This document shows, piece after piece, positions 30,973 to 41,379 of a stretch of 64,000 nt of DNA; position 1 is the first letter of the stretch, and each line of letters opens with the position of its first letter. The DNA comes from an uncultured delta proteobacterium (GTDB lineage: Bacteria > Desulfobacterota > Binatia > UBA9968), in assembly GCA_963847445.1 (NCBI GenBank), contig CAWJZV010000026.1, positions 32,001 to 96,000 of the forward strand, read 5' to 3'. The notes beneath the pieces were generated by a model, which saw nothing but the letters and a program-made list of their open reading frames with translations, was not told the origin of the DNA and did not search any database. The position numbers and the translations under genes are program-made.

Positions 30973-32037
30973 TCATCCTATCTGCTTGATGACGCACAAC
31001 GTATTCCGCCCGGTCCACATCGGCAGAAACACCGAGTGGCGGTGCTTGCCGCCGATGACGATCACCATGATGTCCTCGGCCTTGGTGGATAGATGAACCA
31101 CGCCGTCGGGCGTCATGTTGATCGATTCGCGCATTAACTCGTCGTCGGACTTATGGCCTTTGCGGCGCGCGGGAATCTCCGAGAATTTCAACGACGCATG
31201 CTCCCAGAGATAATCCTTGACCTGCTTCTTGGTGATGCCGTCGCGCGCCATGATCTCGGCGTCTTCGATGCCGAGGGCGATCAGCGGCGTGCCGCCGCCG
31301 AAACTGCCGACATCGAGATGGCTCACGCCATGGTGCATCCTGATCACTTCTGCCAACGAAGACAGCGCCTGCTCGCCGCGATTGCCGGCGGTGTGGATCG
31401 GCAGAAAGCCATTGATGCCAAAAACCGTCACGGCGCTATCGTCCGGCTTGAAACCGAATTCGACGTGATAGGGTTCCCAGGGACTTTTCTCCTGATTCTC
31501 GCCGAAGCACATCGTGTACTTACCCGGCCAGCCGAAGGTCGAACGGTCGGTGTCGCCGGGATAACCGCCGCCGACGGTGATCAAGATCAAGCGAATCGCC
31601 CGGCCGATGGTCGCGTTGGAGCGAAAGCCGGGACCGAACACGCCCGAGTCGCAGTTGACGTTTAGCGCCGTGCGAATCGGCCCGTTGAGTAAAAGCGCGG
31701 GGCCGACGTAACCGGTGGTCGCTTGCACGCCATAGAGATTGAAGCGCGGCTCGCAGATCGCTTCCACCGCGGCGATGATCACCGGCAAGTATTCCGGCAA
31801 GCAACCCGCCATGACCGCGTTGATGGCGATCTTCTCGATCGAACAGGGCGCCCACTTGGGCGGGATCGGGCCGATTACCTCCGCCGGATCCCGCGTCGTC
31901 GCCGCGAGCATCTTCTCGACCCGTTCCGCCGTCGGCGGCACGATGGGCAAGCCGTCGCTAAGCTTTTCCTTCAAGAACCAGTCGTTGACCGCTTCCCAGT
32001 TATCTTCGACTTCGATCAAGTTTGAGGTGAGGTTCAT
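30973..32037 (-). CDS. Conserved hypothetical cytoplasmic protein (DGLPIVPPT / KIAINAVMAGC family)
   Basis: 354 aa intact ORF with AGGAG RBS; motifs SDGLPIVPPT, EKIAINAVMAGC.PEY, NATIGRA.RL, FGEN..SPW, IGGKH. Confidence 0.75.
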   Translation of the reverse strand: MNLTSNLIEVEDNWEAVNDWFLKEKLSDGLPIVPPTAERVEKMLAATTRDPAEVIGPIPPKWAPCSIEKIAINAVMAGCLPEYLPVIIAAVEAICEPRFNLYGVQATTGYVGPALLLNGPIRTALNVNCDSGVFGPGFRSNATIGRAIRLILITVGGGYPGDTDRSTFGWPGKYTMCFGENQEKSPWEPYHVEFGFKPDDSAVTVFGINGFLPIHTAGNRGEQALSSLAEVIRMHHGVSHLDVGSFGGGTPLIALGIEDAEIMARDGITKKQVKDYLWEHASLKFSEIPARRKGHKSDDELMRESINMTPDGVVHLSTKAEDIMVIVIGGKHRHSVFLPMWTGRNTLCVIKQIG

Positions 32038-32155
32038 AGCTTCTTCATGCTCCTGACGTATCGATATGCTAATTTCCGATGTAAAAAAAGAGCAAACTTG
32101 GCGGCACTCTGGCTATCACGGTGTGACACTGGAGGAACGACTAAATCGGAGAAAC

Positions 32156-32232
32156 GGTGGATATCGGCGCCGCGCCTCCACCCACCCCACGCCCGAATCC
32201 CGTAGGATGGGTGGAGCCCAGCGATACCCATC
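32156..32232. repeat. REP pair downstream of RAYT
   Basis: Minus-strand GTGGGGTGGGTGGAGGCG..CCGATATCCACC (32156-32190) and plus-strand GTAGGATGGGTGGAGCCCAGCGATACCCATC (32202-32232). Confidence 0.85.
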
Positions 32233-32241
32233 GTCCGAAAA

Positions 32242-32775
32242 TCAGCGCTCGCCAAACCCCGCACCGTCATTCGCACCATCCCCGCCCCAATCGAGTGGAT
32301 ACAATCCAAGCCGCACAAATCGCTGGAACGAGGAATGTGGCCACGCGCTGATACGCGACACATGCCGATGTTTCACCGGATTGAAATGAATGTAATCGCA
32401 GTGACGGGCGAAATCGTTTTCATCGCGCAGCGTGTGCTCCCAAAACCGTCGTTGCCAAATTCCACGCTCACCTTTGGCAACGCGGCTAGGTGAACGGCGC
32501 TCGCCGGCGCCAGTTTGTTTCGAGAAGTCCGTCTTGATCAAGCGCCATCGCGTGGCGAAATCGGCGTCGTCCGAAGGCAACGTCCAGATGCAATGTAAGT
32601 GCTCCGGTAACACTACGACCGCCTCGGTGGTGAACGGATGACGTCGCGCAACAAATCGAAACGCCGATCGAAGCAAAGCAATTTTATCCGTGAGCAAGTG
32701 TGATCGGCGATCGGCGAGATTGACTGTGAAGAAATAACTCCCGCCCGGAACAAAATTACGCCGGTAGTCCGCCAC
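32242..32775 (-). mobile_element. rayT: REP-associated tyrosine transposase (RAYT/TnpA-REP, HUH Y1 family), 177 aa
   Basis: YRRNFVPGGSYFFTVNL, VVLPEHLHCIW (HUH), IWQRRFWEH, DYIHFNPVKH (catalytic Tyr), WPHSSF; flanked by GTAG REPs; GTG start at 32775 inferred. Confidence 0.92.
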
Positions 32776-32818
32776 GGCGGGAAGATAGAATGGAATTACG
32801 CCCCGATGCAATCGAAAC

Positions 32819-33084
32819 GGTGGGTATCGGCGTATGACGCCTCCACCCACCCTACATCCGAATCCCGTAGGATGGGTGGAGCACAGCGATACCCATCGTC
32901 GGTCATGCGCAGCAACGGTTAGCTTCACGATCAAGTTCAAATAGTAGCCACAACTGCCGCACCACGCTTCGTGCGTGAATCGAAGACTCGGTGGGTATCG
33001 GCGCCGGGCGCCTCCACCCACCCTACGTTGAAACAAACTCCCGACCCGTTCGCGTAGGATGGGTGGAGCAAAGCGATACCCATC
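32819..33084. repeat. Four REPs (two pairs) upstream of RAYT
   Basis: Minus-strand GTAGGGTGGGTGGAGGCG..CGATACCCACC at 32819-32855 and 32990-33026; plus-strand GTAGGATGGGTGGAGCAnAGCGATACCCATC at 32867-32897 and 33054-33084. Confidence 0.9.
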
Positions 33085-33178
33085 ATCCGCCGAATTCTCG
33101 CGACGCTGTTGAGCAATACCGCCGATTTCTGATACTGATAATGGATAAAATAATTTAACTGAAAGCAGGCAGCAACTC

Positions 33179-34261
33179 ATGCGTATCATCGACGCCGACG
33201 GTCATGTATTGGAACGGGATATCCCCTGGGCGGATTTACTCGAAGCGCCCTACCGCGATCGCGCCCCGAGAGCGGTCAAGGACAATCGCGGCTTCACCTT
33301 CGTCATGATGGAAGGCAAACTGACGCCCAAGCCGGTGGGTAAAGCGTGCAGCTTCGTCGGCGCGCCGCGCAGCCATAGTCCCCAGGCCACCACCGGCATG
33401 ACCGATCCGGTGCAGCGTCTCAAAGACATGGATCTCGAAGGCATCGACACCGCGGTGCTGTTCGGCACCTCGCCGTTTTTGAGCTTGCCCTTCGTCGAGG
33501 ATAAAGACTTGGCCTCCGCCGTCGCTCGCGTCTACAACAACTGGCTCGCCGGATACTGCAATGCGGACAATCGCAGACTCAAGGGCGTCGCCGCGGTCGC
33601 CATCCAAGATCCCGCCGAAGCGGTGAAAGAGTTGCGGCGCGCGGTCGAAGAGCTGAAGTTTGTCGCCGTCGCCACGCCGCCGATTTCGGCGTCGAAGAAA
33701 AATCTCGACGATCCCGATCTCCATCCGTTCTTCGCCGAGGCCGAAAGATTGAACGTGCCGGTGTGCATCCATGTCGGCGCCGGCGACGGCGTGCCGGCGG
33801 CCACCGAGCGCTTCGATCATCCGCTCTACAGCCACGCCATGGCCCATCCCTTCGAGCAGATGATCGCCTCCCTCTGCGTCGTCTGCGGCGGCATGCTCGA
33901 GCGCTTTCCCAAACTGAAATTCGCCTTCATGGAAGCCGGCTGCGGCTGGGTGCCCTACTGGATGGAGCGATTGGACGAGCACTACGAAATCCTCCAGCCC
34001 ACCGTGCCCTGGCTCACCAAGCCGCCGAGCGAGTATATGAAGAGCGGCCAGATGTTTTACGCCTTCGAGATGGAAGAGAAAATGCTGCCCTATGTCGCCG
34101 ATTTTGTCGGCGAAGAACGGTTAGTCTTCGCCACCGACTACAACCACAGCGATTCCAAATTCCCCCATACGGTGGAAGAAGTGATGGAGCGCAAAGATTT
34201 GACCGATGGATTGAAGGCCAAAATCATGGGCGAGAACGCGGCGAAGCTGTATAGCTTGTAG
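33179..34261 (+). CDS. Amidohydrolase_2 family protein
   Basis: IIDADGHV, DMDLEGIDTAVLF, VCIH, ERFPKLKFAFMEAGCGW, FATDYNH. Confidence 0.92.
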   Translation: MRIIDADGHVLERDIPWADLLEAPYRDRAPRAVKDNRGFTFVMMEGKLTPKPVGKACSFVGAPRSHSPQATTGMTDPVQRLKDMDLEGIDTAVLFGTSPFLSLPFVEDKDLASAVARVYNNWLAGYCNADNRRLKGVAAVAIQDPAEAVKELRRAVEELKFVAVATPPISASKKNLDDPDLHPFFAEAERLNVPVCIHVGAGDGVPAATERFDHPLYSHAMAHPFEQMIASLCVVCGGMLERFPKLKFAFMEAGCGWVPYWMERLDEHYEILQPTVPWLTKPPSEYMKSGQMFYAFEMEEKMLPYVADFVGEERLVFATDYNHSDSKFPHTVEEVMERKDLTDGLKAKIMGENAAKLYSL

Positions 34262-34343
34262 CCCCGCAGTGCGCGCAGCTGAATTATCGCATTTGCCCGG
34301 CGCGCGCAAATATTGTTGCCACAGAATCACCCGTCACCACGCC

Positions 34344-34448
34344 AGGGCGTATGCCATACGCCCCTACATGCGGATTTCCTCTTGGAGATTTTATTGCGCC
34401 CCCTTGCGTTGCGATCGCCCTGAGCACCGTCGAAGGGTGCGGCCAATC
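34344..34448. repeat. GTAG-type REP (34344-34367, minus) and nested TTGCG..CCCTGAGC..CGAAGG..TGCGGCCAATC element (34394-34448)
   Basis: gtaggggcgtatggcatacgccct on minus strand; second element resembles 18853-18912 with the inner unit inverted. Confidence 0.7.
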
Positions 34449-34459
34449 CTATTCGTTTC

Positions 34460-35455
34460 CTACCGGCCCAACTCCTGCGCCACTTGGCGCGTCAGGGTGA
34501 AATCCGCCAGCTCCGCCGGCTTCATGGTGATTTTCATTTTGCTCTGTTCGGCGATGCGGTTGAGTTCGACCTGCACTTCTTGATCGGTGAGCGAGAGTAC
34601 TGGATTGAGCGTTTCCATGATCGCGTCGTAGACCGCTTCCGACACATCTTTGTCCATCTTGTATTGATTCATGATGAACTGCACGGTTTCGCTCTTCCGA
34701 GTACGAGCGAAGTCCACCGCGCGGAATACCGCGCGGATGGCGCGGCGCAGCTTCGGCGTTTCTTTTTCCAGCTTCTCCTTGGTCGTTACCAACCCGGTGG
34801 TGGGCGAGACCGGGATCACGTCGCTGGTCTTCACCAGATCGCGATAGCCCATCCGTTTGGCGAGGATGCTGTAGGGCGGCGTCAGCGCCACCGCCGGCAT
34901 GCTGCCCTGCTGCAAGGTGAGAAAACCGTTGGCGACATCGCCGGTGGAAACCAACTGGACGTCTTTATCGACGCCGGATGGCTTCAAGGCTTCGAGCACT
35001 TGGTAGAACTGCGTGCCCCAGTTACCGCCGACGCCGATCATCTTGCCGCGCAGGTCTTCGACTCGCTGAATATTTTTCTGCGCCATGATCCACAGGTCAG
35101 CCTTCTTGGTGATGTTGAGGATCATTTTCAGCGGCGCGCCGTTGACCGCTGCGCGCATCGCCGAGCCGCCCGCCGTGGTGAAATCGATACTGCCGGTGAC
35201 CAACGCCGCGATGCCGGTGTTGGTGCGCATGACGATGATCTCCGAACTCAACCCTTCACGGCTGAAGAATCCTTCTTTCGCCGCCAGATGCACCGGCCAG
35301 GACGCCAGGCCGGGAGATGAGGGAGATATGCGGAGCTTCTCCTGCGCCGGGGCAGATTGCGCGAATAATGCGCAGGTCACGCCAAAAACCAGAAGCCAAC
35401 ACTGCGACAACCAAAACCTAAGCGCGAATCCAAAACCCATTACTCCGAACACCAT
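34460..35455 (-). CDS. NMT1/SsuA-type ABC substrate-binding protein
   Basis: PVHLAAKEGFFSREGL, LRGKMIGV, LTPPY, DFTLTRQV; start lies within a TGGAGT array at 35437-35477. Confidence 0.88.
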   Translation of the reverse strand: MVFGVMGFGFALRFWLSQCWLLVFGVTCALFAQSAPAQEKLRISPSSPGLASWPVHLAAKEGFFSREGLSSEIIVMRTNTGIAALVTGSIDFTTAGGSAMRAAVNGAPLKMILNITKKADLWIMAQKNIQRVEDLRGKMIGVGGNWGTQFYQVLEALKPSGVDKDVQLVSTGDVANGFLTLQQGSMPAVALTPPYSILAKRMGYRDLVKTSDVIPVSPTTGLVTTKEKLEKETPKLRRAIRAVFRAVDFARTRKSETVQFIMNQYKMDKDVSEAVYDAIMETLNPVLSLTDQEVQVELNRIAEQSKMKITMKPAELADFTLTRQVAQELGR

Positions 35456-35476
35456 TACTCCATCACCGCAACTCTC

Positions 35477-36488
35477 CTACAGCCCGTACAGCACCTTGGC
35501 ATTGTCGTAGAGAATCTTATCGATGATGCGCGGCTCGACTTCGCCCTTGGTCTTGATCGCGCGCAGCGCGTCGATCTCGGACGACGTGTCGTTGTGGCCG
35601 TAGTCGGAGCCGATGATGATGTTATCCTCGCCGGAGTACTTGAGCACTTGCGGCAGGTCGTCGTCGGTCTGACAAGTCACCCAGACATGATTGTCGCGAA
35701 TCAGATTACGCGCCACCGAGTTGTCGGCGCGCTCGAAGCGCCGGGCGATCTCGATGGCCATGTAGGGGATCCACTGGGCGCGCACTTCGATGAAAGCGAA
35801 CTTCAGATTGGGAAATCTTTTCGGAATGCCGTCGTGGACAATGGAGTGAAAACCCGACAACACCGGCGCTTTGAAGCGCATGAAGCCGCTCTCGCCGTCA
35901 AACATTTCCATCCAATCGAAGTTACCGGTGGAGGCATGCACGCAAACCGGCAGGGCGGCTTTTTCCGCGGCGGCATAAATGGGGAAGAAAGCGGGATTGC
36001 TCAAGCGCTTGTCGTCGATCATGCCGCGCAAAAAGATGCCGCAGGCGCCGTTGGCTCTGGCGAATTCGATCTCCGCCACCGTGCTCGGGATGTCGATGAC
36101 CGGAACTTGGGCTATCCATTCGAGACGGCCTTCGCTCTTTTTGCACACGTCGATCACCCATTGGTTGTAGCTCCGGCAGATGGCGTTCTCGACCTCAGCT
36201 TTAACGGTGAGCGGCCGGAGAAACAGCGACGGGTAGAGCACTTGAACGTCGATCTCCAACTCGTCCATATGTTTGAGCCGGCCTTTGATATCGCGCATCT
36301 CGCAGATATCGAGGCGGCAGGCCTTTGTCGAGATTGACGCCGCGGTGAAACACCCGCCCGTCGACCAGCCAGTTCTGCGGCCGGCCACCGCCGGGCGAGA
36401 TCAAGTACGGGCGGAACTTTTCGTTCTCGATATAGGACCAGGTTTGTTCACACTCGATGACATGAGCATCGGCATCGATCGTTGGCAT
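35477..36488 (-). CDS. Amidohydrolase_2 family protein (frameshift near 36330)
   Basis: MPTIDADAHVIE, MDELEIDVQVLYPS, VCVH, RFPNLKFAFIE, GSDYGH. Confidence 0.88.
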
Positions 36489-36614
36489 GGCAAGCCTCCA
36501 GACGGGAGTTGTATTGGTCGACAAATTAACTCTATTGCCGGCCGAGCGTCAAATAGATCGGCGGGTAACGCGCCGGGGAATTGAATTGCCTGGCGCCATT
36601 TTCGTCCAAAATGC

Positions 36615-36623
36615 TGGTATAAT
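36615..36623 (+). promoter_or_regulatory. Putative extended -10 promoter (TGgTATAAT)
   Basis: Consensus TGnTATAAT about 22 nt upstream of ATG 36646 and ahead of a GGAGG RBS. Confidence 0.45.
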
Positions 36624-36645
36624 TGTAATCCACGGGAGGCAGACA

Positions 36646-37237
36646 ATGAGAGCAATAAGGCGACTATCGATGGTCCTGGCGCTGGCTTTTTTTACCCTGG
36701 CGGGCTGCCATGAAGCGGGTCATATCGACCTCCCAGGGAACTATGGCTCGGCGGCCAATGAAATCGTCGGCGAAGTGATCAATGTCGATAGCCGCAGCCG
36801 GCAGATCGAGATCCGTGCCGACTCAGGCCGCACTTCGATGATTCGCTACGATAACAACACCCAAGTGCTATACCGCCAACGCACCTACCCAGTGGCCAAC
36901 TTGGAGCGCGGCGATTACGTCGCGGCGCGTGTCCAGCAAGACCGCGACGGCCGCTACTCCACCAACACGATCAGCGTGCGCGAGTCGGCACAGGACCGCG
37001 GCACTGTCGGCGGTAGCCGCCTGGATCGAATCGAAGGACGGGTCGAGTATGTCGACAGCGGTCGCGGCACTTTCGAGCTACGCGATTCGCGCAACCGGCT
37101 GGTCGTCGTGGCGGTCGAACTTCAACGCACCCAAGGCGGTCACCGACCGGTTCAACCGTTTGAGAAACGGCGACCAGGTGCGCATCGAAGGACGCTCGGT
37201 GAGCGTCGACCGTTTCGATTTGGCAAGTTTCTTATAA
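36646..37237 (+). CDS. Lipoprotein with two repeated beta-barrel (DUF5666/OB-like) domains (frameshift near 37115)
   Basis: Lipobox LAGC; repeated EIVGEVINVD..LERGDYV and RIEGRVEYVD..LRNGDQVRIEG units. Confidence 0.65.
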
Positions 37238-37456
37238 ATCCCGCCCAGAACGAAACGCTCCATGTGCCGCGTCAGTGCCCGGCGCGCGGAGCGTTAATTG
37301 ATGACAACCCGCCCGCCCATATCGCTCTTCCATTGAACCGGCGAGTGAGTTAATAGAGCTTGTGCAGTAACTATTACATCAAGGGATTTAAACATCCTTC
37401 GGCTACGAGCCGAGAGATTCTAGACAGTGTCCACTTGAAGTCGACTCTCAGTTAAT

Positions 37457-37568
37457 CGTCATTCCCGCGCACGCGGGAATCCAGGTGACCGACACTGTCC
37501 GTCATACCGTTGAAAAACGGTATCCAGGTGGATGATGGGCCTGGATTCCCGCCTGCGCGGGAATGACG
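37457..37568. repeat. GTCAT(T/A)CC-N8-GG(A/T)ATCCAGG palindromic repeats (dRS3-like), three units
   Basis: cgtcattcccgcgcacgcgggaatccagg, gtcataccgttgaaaaacggtatccagg, and inverted cctggattcccgcctgcgcgggaatgacg; another pair at 47205-47273. Confidence 0.8.
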
Positions 37569-37610
37569 GAAAAGAAACAATCAACTTGCTGAAGTGAGCG
37601 AAAAAACTTC

Positions 37611-39241
37611 ATGAGCCAAGCCCCATCGGCAGACAAACGCATCCCCGTGCTCATCGCCGGCGCCGGCCCGGTCGGGTTAGCCCTTGCCATCGAGCTTGCC
37701 TACCGTGGCATTCGCTGCCTGGTGGTCGAACAGAGCGATGGCTCGGTGGATTTTCCGACGACGAATCTCGCCAACACGCGCACCTGCGAGCACCTGCGCC
37801 GCTGGGGCTTCGCCGACCGCATGCGCTTCGAGTCGGGCTATCCGACCGACTACCCGCGCAATTATTTGTTCGTCACGCGCATGGACGGCTTCGAGATCGC
37901 CCGCTTCGATCATCCGGCCAACGGCGCGCCCGAGTCGCGTTCGCCGTACAGCCCCGAAGGACGGCTGTGGATTTCCAAGCCCTACTTCGATCCGGTCTTG
38001 CGCCAACATGCCTCGGCCTTGCCGCAGGTTGAAGTCCGCTATTTAACGGAGTTCAAATCCTTCGAGCAGAGCGCCGACAAGGTTGTCGCAACTGTCGCCG
38101 ACGTCAATTCCGGCCAAGAAGAAACCATCGAAGCCGACTATCTGGCCGGCTGCGACGGCGGCCGCAGCAACATCCGGCGCGCCCTCGGAATAAAGTACGA
38201 AGGCGTGTTTTCCCAAGGCATGAACGTCGCCGTGCTGTTCCGCTCGCCCTTGCTGAAAATGATCATCGCATGGACCGGCGGTGCAGTATCAGATCATCAA
38301 CGCGCAGATCAACGGCGCCATCGCCGCCGTCGACGGCAAAGAGCTGTGGCGTTTGAACGTGCGCAACGTCCTGCAGGAACAGATCGATAGTTTGAACGCG
38401 CCGGAAAAGATCCGCGCCGCGCTCGGACCGGATATTCCATTCGAATTGCTCGCCGTGCGGCCATGGACCGGCCACTGCGTGGTTGCCGACAGCTATCAGC
38501 AAGGCCGGGTCTTTCTCGCCGGCGATGCCGCGCACTTGAACTGGCCGGCCGGCGGCTTCGGCATGAACACCGGCGTCGGCGACGCCGTCGACATCGGCTG
38601 GAAGTTCGCCGCCGTGCTGCAAGGCTGGGGCGGCGCGAATTTGTTGCAATAGTTACACGGCGGAACGAAAACCGATCGCCATGATCAACGTCAACGAAGC
38701 CGCCGAGATGCGCGCCAACTTCGACAACCAAACGCCATTCTCACCGAAGATCGGCGAAGACAGCGACGAAGGCAAAGCGCTGCGCGACAAAGCCCGCGCC
38801 GCGATCATGCGCACCCGCGCCAAAGAATTTCAGCATGACTCCGCCGGCATCGAGCTGGGCTACCGCTACGAAAACTCGCCGATCTGCGTCGCCGACGGCA
38901 CACCAGCGCCCGAGCTCGACCACGGCCTCTACGTGCCCTCCACTTGGCCCGGCGCCCGCGCGCCCCATGCCTGGCTCAAAGACGGCCGCTCGACGCTGGA
39001 TTTGTTCGGCAAAAGTTTTGTCCTGTTGAATTTCTCCGGCACCAAGACGAGCACGATCACGGATTCGGCCCAGCGAGTCGGATTGCCATTGGAAGTCGTG
39101 AACATTGACGAACCGAAGGTGCGCGAAATTTATGAGCGCGATTTAGTGCTAGTCCGCCCCGACGGCCACGTGGCTTGGCGCGGTGACGCTATCCCGGCAA
39201 ACGTGAGCGAAGTCATCGACGAAGTACGCGGCGCAGCATGA
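37611..39241 (+). CDS. FAD-dependent monooxygenase (PheA/TfdB-like; frameshifts near 38270 and 38650)
   Basis: VLIAGAGPVGL, GCDGGRS, RVFLAGDAAH, GGFGMNTGVGDA, PGARAPHAWL, LVRPDGHVAWR. Confidence 0.9.
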
Positions 39242-39273
39242 CAGAGTACAATGGTCGCAAACTGCTCCGACCT

Positions 39274-39340
39274 CCTTCCCCTCGACGGGGAAGAATTGAG
39301 GAAGGGGTGAACTATTGTAGGGGCGTATTGCATACGCCCT
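39274..39340. repeat. CCTTCCCC..GGGGAAG hairpin repeat followed by a GTAG-type REP (39317-39340)
   Basis: ccttcccctcgacggggaagaattgaggaaggggtga; gtaggggcgtattgcatacgccct. Confidence 0.7.
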
Positions 39341-39396
39341 CCGGCATCCCCATCTCGAATCTTCTCTCGTCAAGGAAGCAATAAAGTCCAAATCCT

Positions 39397-40396
39397 ATGA
39401 ACCGAATAATTCAAAACCTTTTACTAACCATAATGTTGATCGGCGCGTTTGCATCTCCCGCCCCGGCCGCCACTAAAGTATCCTTTCCCTACACGCCCAA
39501 TCGGCGTCGCCAGTTGGCCCTGGTGGATCGCCAAGGATGCCGGCTACTTCGAGAAACATGGCCTCGACGTCGACATGATCTACGTCGGCGCCTCGCCGGT
39601 GATCGTCCAGGCCATGCTCGGCGGCCAGGCTGGCGTCGGCGCCGGCGGCGGCACGCCGCTGGTCACCAACGTGCTGCAAGGCGGCGATGTCGTTCAGGTC
39701 GCCACCATGGTCCCCTACGCGATTCAGTCCTTGATCGTCCGTTCCGATATCAAAACCACCAAGGAACTTACCGGCAAAAAGATCGGCGTCAGCCGTTTGG
39801 GCGCGATCCCGCACTTCACCTTGCAGGCGATCACCAAGCTCTACAACGTCCAAGGCGTCAACGTCGTCCAGACCGGCACCACCGCCCAAGGCGTGGCGAG
39901 TTTATCCCAAGGCCTGATCGACGGCGTCATCACCTCCGCGCCCAACACCTTTCGTCTGATGAAAGACGGCTACCGCGAGTTGGTCAGCCCGAAGGATTTT
40001 CGCAAACTGAACTTTGAATTCTTGATCAACGGCCTGGTCGCCCGCCGCTCCTTCGGCGCCAAGAATCGCGAGATCGTCATCGGCATGATCAAAGCGACCA
40101 TGGAAGGCACCAAGAGAATGTTCACCGACGAAAAATACTCGAAGGCGATCCTCGCCAAATACACCCGCCAATCCGAAACCGAAGTCCTCGACCAAAGCTA
40201 CCGCTTCGCCCTCGACATCTACGTCAAAGACCCGACGGTGACAGCGAGTTCGATCCAACCCATCGTCCAACAAGCCGCCGAGTGGAATCAGATCGACGCC
40301 AAGCTCGCGGCGTCGACACCGACCAGCGCGTACTACGACAACAGCTACATCGAGGAGATCAAGAAGTCGGGGTTCTTTGCGCAGTTGTGGAGGTAA
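39397..40396 (+). CDS. NMT1/SsuA-type ABC substrate-binding protein (indel near 39497)
   Basis: Signal peptide; WIAKDAGYFEKHGLDV, LTGKKIGVSRLG, YYDNSYIEEIKKSGFF. Confidence 0.88.
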
Positions 40397-40956
40397 GGCC
40401 GACAGGGGTGCGAGAGAATATGCTAACCTGGCTGGTATTGTAGATGATTGCACCAGCGTACGGGAGCATGATTGCCGGATACGACCATGGCAAAACTACG
40501 TAACGAGCATCCGGTCATCACCGCATCGCATTGTTTCAGAAGTCAAGTAACGGCACTACTCATCGCAAGACGGAAAGCCAAGCGTCCGACGAAATTGCCA
40601 TCGCGCAGCGGTTGCCGACTTCCTCAGCCGAAATTTGACCTAGCGATGCATGCTAGACGGTTCGTTGAGCATTATCTCAGTTATGACTGCCAACCAATGA
40701 CGGGAATGAGTTCGACTAAGGAACTGCGCGGCCTGAGTTCGCGCCGCCGTTCGGCTTCGTCGCCGAGAATCGCTGAGATCGAATATCTCGCTATGAGCAG
40801 AAAGGACGCGCAGCCTGACAATAGGGCAAGCCGTTCCTCGACGAGACGTGCTGGCTTAGAGTACCAGACAACGCGTGAACAAGAAATAGCTTAGGTCCAT
40901 CATAACAAATACGAAGATCCCGAAGTGAAGATCAGAAGCTCCGTAAGAGTCCGCTC

Positions 40957-41379
40957 GTGGCTATTTCCGCGATTGAGGAAAGCGGTGAAGACGATCCCTA
41001 CGTTCGTGAATCGTGGCCCGTTGAGTCCTTCGACTTCGACAGTTCGCCAATCGGAGCGATTGCCTTGCTAGCGCGACCGGCTACGAATCAGAAGGTACTG
41101 TTGATAAAGTCATATGGCGAAGCATTTCCGTTCTTCGGTGCAGCTGGGCAAGCTTGTTCCCACGCATTGGCCTTCCAGTCTCCGGGAGCTGTTGCTCGGC
41201 TCTGCGCAACGCTGGCCGCTATCAACTCTTACGAGCGTGGCTCTCGCCATCAGGAAGGAGTTCGAGAAATGGAAGAAACTTGGGTTATCCCGTCGCCAGC
41301 TGCGGAGACGCTCGAAATCGATGAGTTGAAGATAAGTGCCGCGGCATTGGTCGCGTTTTTGGCATCTTCGGGGCTTTAG
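40957..41379 (+). CDS. Hypothetical protein in atypical-composition segment
   Basis: 140-aa ORF with plausible composition but no recognised motif. Confidence 0.3.
   Translation: MAISAIEESGEDDPYVRESWPVESFDFDSSPIGAIALLARPATNQKVLLIKSYGEAFPFFGAAGQACSHALAFQSPGAVARLCATLAAINSYERGSRHQEGVREMEETWVIPSPAAETLEIDELKISAAALVAFLASSGL

Noticed and set aside
32156-33084. Regularly recurring ~31-37 bp repeats as a CRISPR array
   Set aside because: Repeats alternate in orientation, start with GTAG, have irregular spacing and flank a RAYT; no cas genes
32776-33189. 138-aa N-terminal extension of the RAYT ORF
   Set aside because: It is translation of REP sequences; RAYT homology begins at VADYRR
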